DNA of 63,731 bases, filler included, from Collodictyon triciliatum (lineage: Eukaryota): NCBI GenBank assembly GCA_043381765.1. It is 6 parts of 6 records of this genome, joined end to end, with 100 filler letters (N's around TTAATTAATTAA, not from the genome) between each part and the next. Parts side by side here need not be neighbours in the genome. Positions count along the whole stretch, not along the records: positions 54,267 to 60,631 come from JBHJMP010002090.1; positions 60,732 to 63,731 come from JBHJMP010002112.1; 4 more parts are not named here. One strand, given 5' to 3'. The notes under the pieces were generated by a model that saw only the letters and a program-made list of their open reading frames with translations, ran no database searches and was not told where the DNA came from. Positions 54,373 to 63,731 of this stretch are shown here, piece by piece. Within the stretch, counting starts at the first letter, position 1, and each line of letters opens with the position of its first letter. The translations under genes were made by a program, and so were the position numbers.

Positions 54373-55981
54373 TAAAACTTGTTAATTACATCGACCCGTT
54401 GGAGCAAACCGGCCTTTCTGAAGAACATCAAAACATTCCTGCAATCCAATTGAAAGTTGGTATGCATGAGGGAAAAGTATATTTTGTCTCTTTTTCTTCT
54501 TTCCTTTTTCTCCCGTTATCCCCTGGTTTAAATCTCAACTATACTGATTAAAGCTACAAAACAAAACAGAAACCAGGTATTCTTAACATATCTTAACCTT
54601 TCTGATAATCTTATAGCCCGAGGTTCTTCACAATATTGTCGCCAACAGATATGACTATTTGGGACTGGACGTACAGATTGCGTTTACACTGGCAAGTTGC
54701 GCGCATCCGGGGCAACTGCTACTAACAAAAGCGTAACTTTTCTTTTGAATTGAACATTTTCCACATTACTTTGATGTCATGGTGCAGCGCCTTTCTGTAT
54801 CGAGTTTGCGCAGTTGATCGATTTACTGATGAATAAAACTTGGCACAGTACTTTGGAATCTGCGACAAAAGAGATTACTCCTGGTACAATCCGTACCACG
54901 CTTTTACCACCGTGCCAGTTTCCTGGGTTTGCTACATTTATCTATATATGACTACTCTCGCAGTATTCTTTTCGTCCAACAAAAATGAACACACTTTTTT
55001 TTTTTAAAAAAAAAAAATTACCTTAATTAAACAAGTGTGGAGACCCATATCGAATTTGCGTGTGTACAACCAACATCACATCCGGCTGTAATTTTCCCAC
55101 AGCTGAGCATGGAAAACATGTAATCATTTTAATAATTCGAACATGTTCATTTAAAAACGAAACAAAACATAAAAAAAATTTACAAACAATCAGAATCTAA
55201 GTTTATTTAAGAGCCCAAACTGCATATTTATTGAAAAAAAATCCTGCCAACATCTCCACCATCCTGCACAAAATTGAAAGGAAGAATAAAAAAAAAATTG
55301 AAAAAAAAATCCTGCTAAACCTTACTTTTAGTATTGCCTTTAACCATAATAAATTGAATACAGGCACCCATCTGCAGCTCAGCAAATTATTATGTCGCTT
55401 AAAGTCGCCCAAGAGGAATACACTAACCTTTTGATTATAGCAGAGAAACTGGAGGTAATTCAGTATCTATGTATCCAAGTTATATTCATCCTGTTCAAAC
55501 TATCGAAAGAAGGTTTGTTTTCTGTTTACCTAAAAATGTTCTGATCGATAAGGTCGACTTGTCTGGACTTTCGCTTGGTGCGATGGACATATCGAATAAC
55601 CCAGCTATGGTAATGATAGCATTGTTATTATTAATTTTCAGTGTATGATTTCATTGAAGGTTTCCAATGCTCCCATATTCCATATGGACACGCCGATTTA
55701 TGATCTTTTTTTTTTTTTTAACACGCTTTAGCAAGAGGAAAATGTTCGAGCAGTTTCATCAAAGATTTCCGAACTTGTGCAATGTCTGGGGACTGTTTTA
55801 AATCAACAACACGATTTACGAAAGCTCATAGCCACATTGGAGATGGAAAAAATACAACCCGTATAATCTTATCTTACATAATATTGTGAAAGGAAAATCG
55901 CTCAAATATAAATGTCTCTAATGTTCTGAGTCCATGAGGAGCTGGAGTACTAGCCAGACATTTGCTCATTTATTCATCCAC

Positions 55982-56019
<38 letters not shown>

Positions 56020-56410
56020 GTTATTATTATTGTTATTATTATTGTTATTATTAACATCGCACACACACAGCTTCTTTTCGAGCGGGATCATCTTGCGGAG
56101 AAATTATCAAATGCTCATGCGCTCTTATCGACAATCGCTTCACCGAAGCCTTCAGGACGACCGAGCATCCAGGTCTTTTTTTTTCTTCTTCTTTTTGTTC
56201 CCTATATTATTTTCTTTTGTATGTCCAATAAAGAACATTAATTATAAGCAAATGTGACATGTTAAATGAGGAAAATTATATTTGTGTCATTTGTCATACA
56301 AGGAGGGAGAAAATACGGATGAATCTATATCGCTAGATGGGTCTGTGACAAGCAATACAGAGAGCGAATCGTCCAGGGCACGCCAGAAAGAGGAGCTTTC
56401 TCAAAGCAAA
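54373..56410 (+). CDS. Class III nucleotide-cyclase-domain protein, degenerate (5' truncated; 3' end may extend to ~56906)
   Basis: IQLKVGMHEGK|PEVLHNIVANRYDYLGLDVQIAFTLASCAHPGQLLLTK...VIFPQL matches the RxGxHxG...DYxGxxVNxAAR...A.GGQ pattern. Confidence 0.65.
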
Positions 56411-58508
56411 GTGCGTTGATATAATTTGAATTGGATTTTTGAGAGAAATTCTACGTTCAGCTACATTATTTGTATAATATATATTGCCTAACAATCTGGT
56501 ACTTTGTTCAATATACCAAAATCTCAGAGCACTGATTTTCATCTTGCAACACACAGTCAACAGCTGAAAAGTCATTGGATGGCATTGTGCAATTAGTTCA
56601 CAAACTCAAAGCATCTCGATTTAGAACTATCGACGAGGCGAATGTCTTTCTTCGTGCCATAAGTTTGGATTTCTAATTGAGATGAGAATATTAGGATTGA
56701 GCAAAAGAGTAAAGAAAAGAAAAGAGAACCAAACAGCGTCTCATCTTTCATTAGTTGAAATCGTTCAATTACCCCATAATTTCGGAATAGGGAATTCATA
56801 CCCTGCACTTGTTCTCCATAAACCCCCAAAACTAAACATATGGAACACGCAACTTTACAGCGGAGAAAATCACACCAAAAGAACAGACAGCGGGGGAGGT
56901 CCCTAATGAATTAACGCGAGAAAGAGAGCGAAAACCCACACCAGGTTTCTTTTCTCATCTCTTATCTTCGGTCCTCACATTTATGCGCATTTTTGATGAA
57001 ATCAGCCAAACAGAAACGACAGACAATGATGTATCCCAACCTTTCCTCCCACCCAGCCTCTACTGCACATTCTCTCCCATCGAGCATCGCATCCAATGCA
57101 GCGTCAAAACGCGGCCGGACTCCGACGGGGTCATTCGGCGCAAATGCAGCGACGTCTTCATCAGTTGCACACCCGACGAATCCATTATCGTCTCCATCAC
57201 ATACATCCACACGGGGGTATGCATTGGAATCTTTATACCTTGCGCATTATCTTCTACTCTCTTTCCTTCTTTACTCTTTGGTGGGTCTCTATCTTGCCCG
57301 AATATTACATTTATTCATTTAAACCACTTTTTTTTTTTTTGTTTGATATGATTTGGCGCTTGAACCATTATCTTGTCTAAAATCTAAGAATCGTAAAAAT
57401 AAAAGAAGATTAGGCAATAGCGCATGAAAACGCGCATGAAGTACAAGGAAAGGCTAACCCGGCCACCCGGCCTTCTTTTTTTTTTTTCTTCCAGGTCATC
57501 GAAGCCGCCTGTTCCGAGGACGTCGGTCCCTTTCAAATAGAAAAATGCCTTCTTTGGTTGAAAGCATCCTGTTTGACACACATACGCACATACACACAGG
57601 AATGCGTGAGGCATATCCGATGGGTTTTCCTTTCCTTTCTGATTCTTTTTCTTTCTTTCTTTCTTCTTTTTTTTTTGGACCATAATTCAGATATCGGAGT
57701 CAATAGTCTATCTACTTTGTCTTGTTTTGTTTCTTGGATTTCCACCCCAGCACCCCCTCCTAGCAATAAATTAAAGATGGAAAGTGACTACATGTTCCAT
57801 TTGACATGCTGTAACAGTTCTTCGTGTCTTCTTTCTTTTCCTTTTTTTTCCCCCGTTTTTTTATAATCATGAATGCCTTTGGGAAACACTGATCGACCAT
57901 CCTGTCAATCAGTGATTTTGGTCACAGGCGCAGACAAGAGATCTTCTGCCTCTCTTTTTTTTTTCTTCCTCCCAATCTAGGTAAGAACATCAGAGAAAGT
58001 AAACAATGCGGTGCGTAGAAGCAAATCAAACGATTTGCATTCTGGTCATGAGGAAACAAAACATGAAAGAGACAATTAAAAAAAAAATAAAATAAAAAAG
58101 AAATGAAAAGAAAAGACAGGGATGAAAGGAAGCGTAGAATGGTGCGGTAGCATCTCAGTCGAAGAATCTGGAAAGGAGGAGCGATGAAAGCAGGGTAATC
58201 AACAAGGCTCTCGGATGTGCTGGCAGGCTTCCTCCTACGTTACGAAGATGGACGTATGAGTGATTCGCATTAATGAAAAGCTCCTGAGAGTATGTTTCAG
58301 GGAGTGTATATATTGATGCAGCACAGCCAACATATTAAATTGACTACCGGATGCCTGTGTGTCGAGGGAGAGTTCGCTTTCGGGAACTGGATATTTAGAT
58401 GCAAAAACGTGGTATTTAAGATTCTATCGCAATTAGTTATATAATTTGGGTATATCCATCGTGATATTTTCAAGAGTGTATGAAAAGCTTTGTAAAAATC
58501 TACTCGTA

Positions 58509-60189
58509 TTATTCCGAGCCTTCTTTGTTTACTATGTGCATCTCCCTTCTTTTTTTTTTTGTTTATCCTCATACCTCCCTCCTTGTCTCACTTACACACT
58601 TGATTAAATGTGTATCTGATTTGTTTTCAAGGCACTGTGCACTTACCAATGGAAGTAATCCAAGAAAGCATTTCTATCACGTTTGTATACACTCCAGGAT
58701 ATCTTGAATCGGCGCATCCTATTCCGTAGCTCACAATGCCAACAACACATGGTTGCTTTTTCTTGTAGAAGAGGGGCCCTCCACTGTCTCCTTGGCAACT
58801 ATCTTCGCCTCCCTATCGAAATACCAAGCAGGAGCATATTCAGTTCTAGCAGAGTACAAATAAGCATAAAAGAATGGATTGGGTGTCTCTGTGGCATTCA
58901 GGATGCGATTTTTTTTGGATTTATTCCTATGCGTTTCATTTCTGTATGACCCATAAGATAATACTCCAGTGCAAAAAAAAGTATTTCGTAACAAGTATTG
59001 ACTTACGTTTACAGTGTCCCCCGCGCATATCTGTAGCTTTGATATGGGATAGCCTGCATAGTATGACTGACATTCCTTCGTGCTCACGACAGGAACATCA
59101 ACCTGCTGAAGTTTATCGGGAAGTTGGCTGGAACCGTATCTCATGGTACCCCATCCTGCTACAGATAATAAAGTGTCTGGCAGAGTCATATTTTCGCTCT
59201 TTGGAGACCCCAATGAAACTGGTTTGATAGTTGAATTCCTATTTTATTAATCATGAGATGTTTAAGTATGAGAATGTAGTGGTTGGTCCATTCAAGGTGA
59301 GTCTAATCTAATGAAATAAAAAAAAACTTCTTCGTACTATTATCTCGAAAAGAAAGATACATATGCAGAGACATTTTGCTTCACAGCGAAAAAACGTGCA
59401 TTCGAAACTATGAGTCTAAATGACAGAGGCCCCTGAGCACAACATGAGAGGAAGGCATTTACCCATTCAACTTGAGTAAGGCGATATCATACTGGCTATC
59501 TTCACGAGCGTAATTATATTTTGGATGTCTAAAGATCTGTTTTATGCTGAATCGTTGACTGTTCTCTGCAGCATCTGACAGGTCAAATCTATTCAGGACG
59601 ACTGTATTATTTTTAAGAAAGGAAAATAAGTTAGAACTTGGGAAGACTCGCAAATATTGAAATATCTAGCGCTGCGTATGGAAAAGGACATGGCGAAAGG
59701 TGACGTGAGCTTTAACAACCTTGAAGGAAAAGCGTTCGTCATTATTACACATATTAACTAATAATTGATTATTTTTTTTCGCATGAAACAGACAAACCAT
59801 AGATGTTGCTCTGATATGTACAATGGGCAGCAGTTAGAACGTAGTTTGGATGGATCAGAGAGCCGCCGCAATGGCGGCGAAAGCGATCATTCTGATTGGT
59901 CGACGAATAAGTAAGCAATGCAAGCCATGGGTACTGAAAAGGAGACGTGGCTGTTCCGCCAACTATCCGGCTCTCGGGATTCTCTTTGCCTGTGACACGG
60001 TGATATATGTTCAATCTAATCTGAAGATGAAAAAGAAAGGCGCGGAATAAAGTCCCAGGAACCAAAAGTCCTGTTCACCAGGCCTGCCTCAGGGATGATG
60101 ACTAGCAAACCTGTTGTGTTTGTAGGAAGTCCGTGTGTAGTGACCGACAGGCCGAGGCATATGTAGAGAAAGACCACGAGGCTCTTCAT
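58509..60189 (-). CDS. Secreted trypsin-like serine protease (S1A), 6 exons
   Basis: Signal peptide [16 protein letters not shown], activation site [56 protein letters not shown]...WI. Confidence 0.95.
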
Positions 60190-60287
60190 TTTCACTGAAA
60201 AAAAAAGTCTGTAGACAGGCGAAATAAATGAATAGAATGGCCTCAATACAAAAAGAAGAAGAAGATAACAACATATAAAACATTCAA

Positions 60288-60367
<80 letters not shown>
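60288..60367. repeat. (CAA)n microsatellite
   Basis: Directly visible. Confidence 0.95.
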
Positions 60368-60631
60368 GAGACTAAACAAAAACTAAACCTAAACCTAAAA
60401 TTAAAACAAAAAGAAAATACAGAGCAAGAAACTAAGACAAAAACATATCGTAAAGACTGTATTCGATTCAAAGACAACGCTGCTACTTTATTTTAAAGGG
60501 AGAAATAAAAAGCAGCAGCGTTGCACGGCGTGTGTATGCGAGTTAGTGGCTCGCACTCTGCCTGGTTGCTCGCCCCTCATGAATCCAATCGGCCTGCCTG
60601 CTCGGCTGCCAAGCGCATTGCTTTTGCGTTC

Positions 60632-60731
60632 NNNNNNNNNNNNNNNNNNNNNNNNNNNNNNNNNNNNNNNNNNNNTTAATTAATTAANNNNNNNNNNNNN
60701 NNNNNNNNNNNNNNNNNNNNNNNNNNNNNNN
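60632..60731. other. Artificial contig spacer
   Basis: TTAATTAATTAA at 60676-60687 within 100 nt. Confidence 0.95.
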
Positions 60732-61239
60732 TTTTTCCTTCTTTTTTCTTTTTTTTTTTTTTTTCTAGGTAACAGAATCAGTGGTTGCCGAGGCCCGCTA
60801 TCTCCGTCACTTGATTGCCATCGACCGCGAATAAATCGCCGATACACAACGAACATCAGTGCTCGTAGGACCCAAAAGTCTCGATAAAAAATAACAAAGA
60901 AAACAATAACACTAAACTCATGTTGCGCTGTTGAAACTGACCTCGGCATTACTAGCTGTAATACTTCTGGTTCTTTTCTAAATTTTTAATTTGTTTCATG
61001 CGAAAAAAAAAAAAGGTTTAAAAGACATAAGGGATGGAATTTGATAGTATCTGATTCACAAGTTTGCAGTGCAGAGTTCATGTGCGAAGACTTGTGATTT
61101 TTACACGTGTGGCGCCTGTCCCTTTCAAATCGGTAGTTCCCGCAGCACCAGTCTCTTCTTCCATGTCACTGCCATCATAAACGTGGTGAATATATTTTTG
61201 CATAAGAGTAAATTGCACCATCAGTCACTGCCTCTGAAA

Positions 61240-61816
61240 TCATTCATCAGCAGCACGTTCCACAACACATCCTGTTGACGCAAACCTGTCATGTTTCTCG
61301 ACAAAGAATCCGGCTCCTCGGACGATTGTTTGGGGCGCGTGAATACTCGGAAAACTGCCCCGTGGGATATACGACGGAGCATCAGGAAGCTTCGTTGGTG
61401 AGGAGTGATTATGAATTAATTTGAATTGTGATGCATTTGTTACCGCAGCTTGCTGAATAAAACATTGAATGCAAGAACGGAAAATGCATGTTTCATATTC
61501 AACTTTTATCCCGAAGAAATATGGTTGTGAGTGCGCTACTTACATCCATGACTACGTTTGCGCGTTGAGTACGAGAGCCTGGATGAACTGGGGGTCTGAT
61601 TGTGCTTGAATTGCTCACCATTGTGCATTCATAGAACTTTGCACCTCCACGACCAGATTCTAGTAAATCATCACATCATCCGAGAATGATTTTATTTATT
61701 TATCAAACTAACAACAATAATTAGAATATCTAATATCGGAAATATATCCTAGAGATTGCACTTAAACGCCCTGATAATCTCATAAGCTAAAACTAAAGAT
61801 TCGATGAATTTTTTCT

Positions 61817-61912
<96 letters not shown>

Positions 61913-63615
61913 CAACCGACCCAATGACTCAATTGTGATGGGAGACTTTGAAACACGCGGGCTCTGAGTTTGTAAAATAATGATGAACATATGTAAAAAT
62001 GTCATTACAGAATTACACATCGCCTGCTACGGGGATAGAGTGGAAATCTCTGACCTTGACAGGGACGTACTGCAAACGGAGACTAGGAACATAAGGACCT
62101 CGCGCTTGCGGGATGGTTGCATTTTGACGCGCAGTTGGTGGTTTTGGAGTAGGGTTGCGTGAAGAATGACGAGACCCTACAGCTAGCTGGACGGCCTGTA
62201 ACACGCGCTCGATGTTTTCACGGCGCTCCGCCTCTATTGGGTGGATGAATCAAATAGGTATAGATATAAGGACATCTCACAAGAAAGGATATCCCAGAGT
62301 ATTACTCATTAAATATTTGAAGCCATACCTATCATTTCACGCAGATTGCGGAGCTTATGAACAGAGTCCTCCCATTTTAATAGAATTCGGTCTACAACTG
62401 GGTCGGGTTTGCTATAGAGTTAAGATGGCGGGTGAACTAAGATTTCTGCCCCATTGTTTTCATTTCTTGTATTGCGAACTGCAAATATCACATCATGAAT
62501 AATGAGCATACTGATTTGTCGTATGTTTCTCTCGAAGACGCTTAGCTCGTCGCATCTCAGATACTTGCATTGAATGATACATCAGTCTCCAGTTATTTTG
62601 AGCCTTGTACTATGGGAGAACACAATTTTGATAAGTAAATGTTCTTACCATTATTTACTTCTATGTATATATTTCTTTCTTTCCTTTCTTCTTTCGTTGA
62701 AGTTCAACAAGCTAGCCGATATGTTTGAAATATTGGAGAGAAAGAAAGTAACAATTGATGTTTCATATATATGTATGTAGAATCTGAACTTAATTATAAT
62801 TTTTGTGCTTCAGAATGCAACTATAAAATCAGGCAAAGAAATTTACTTACTGCAACAAGATTCCTGTTTTTGTTTGATATTTCTTGAACTTCTTGGACAG
62901 CTTCTTCCTGGTTAGGTGGAGGATTTGCCTCGCGTATTTTCTTGTCCAAAACATATCGCCCGTATCTTTCCATAAACTCTTGACCACTTAATAGCGTCAT
63001 CACGCTGGTGTCAATCATGTTATTTCTTTTGGGCGCGCCAGATTTTGCTGCTCGAGAGACCTCGAGAGAAGAATTCAGTGTAATGTAGGAGCCCTCGTTA
63101 TGTGGGAGGTTGATGGATCGTTGCGACTTGATTCCTTTGTAAGAGCTTGTTCGAGACGAATGTCCTCTGTTTCGTCATGCATTTATCATTAAGATTATTT
63201 TCATATTCATTTTTCCGTCTGTATTAAAGAATAAGGAACTTATTTCATTCGCCAATATCGGAAATGAAAAAAAAAAGACTTCGTTAGATGTGAGGGTGGT
63301 TGCATTCAGTATACCTAAGTGACCCGACAGACTCAACTACGTTGATTTTACGAGCGCTGGACTGATCCGAGTCTTTTCGAGAGAAGTAGCCAAAGCAAGT
63401 AAACATATAAATATATAATTGAATGTCGAAAAAGAGAATGAAAATAACAATAATAAAACAAACTTTAGTTTTTGTGTGAAATATACAAATAATGACCCTT
63501 CATAAGGAATAAAAACCTTGTTTGGGTAGTATAATCCCGCGAATGCGCATCGAAAAGTTTGTGTCTTGCTCCATATCGTCCTCATAATCTTCGTAGTCAC
63601 TGACAAGTTCTTCTG
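61240..63615 (-). CDS. 3' part of a multi-exon hypothetical protein
   Basis: GT-AG-joined frames such as QEFMERYGRYVLDKKIREANPP and HKPDPVVDRILLKWEDSVHKLRNLREMIEAERRENIERVLQAVQL. No family recognised; boundaries approximate. Confidence 0.5.
61818..61912. repeat. (ATA)n intronic microsatellite
   Basis: Directly visible. Confidence 0.95.
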
Positions 63616-63622
63616 CTAAATG

Positions 63623-63669
<47 letters not shown>

Positions 63670-63681
63670 AAAAAAATTTTA

Positions 63682-63731
<50 letters not shown>

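Noticed and set aside
56983-57540. Ser/Ala/Pro-rich short ORF with a GTATGC donor
   Set aside because: It may be a real small gene, but low complexity and no recognisable homology leave it unsupported.
62283-62292. ATATCCTTTC on the minus strand as a second AT-AC donor
   Set aside because: It lies inside an ordinary GT-AG intron whose removal already keeps the frame.

Overview
Eukaryotic genomic DNA from an intron-rich, flagellated unicellular organism. It has spliceosomal introns, an axonemal dynein, CFAP36 and microsatellite-rich introns, and the standard genetic code fits every gene I reconstructed. The window is not one locus. Five 100-nt spacers (44 N + TTAATTAATTAA + 44 N) join six unrelated assembly pieces, so genes at piece edges are truncated and adjacency across spacers means nothing. 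Recognisable genes: EEP/neutral-sphingomyelinase-like phosphodiesterase, PPPQGQY-repeat EF-hand protein, IGHMBP2 helicase, inner-arm dynein heavy chain (3' end), membrane RING E3, XRN1, class I aldolase, RPL27, cyclopropane fatty-acid synthase, SRP19, a divergent TFIIB-like factor, an LRR protein, a VOC/glyoxalase, CFAP36, a class 3 lipase, a degenerate class III cyclase and a trypsin. Best findings: a clean U12-type AT-AC intron in IGHMBP2, candidate snoRNAs in the long first intron of RPL27, the divergent TFIIB paralogue, two possibly bacterial-derived genes (VOC enzyme; membrane domain fused to a RING), tandem UIM-like motifs in CFAP36, and a probable pseudo-cyclase. I see no evidence for a wholly new multi-gene system. 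Exon boundaries were read by eye and CDS spans include introns.
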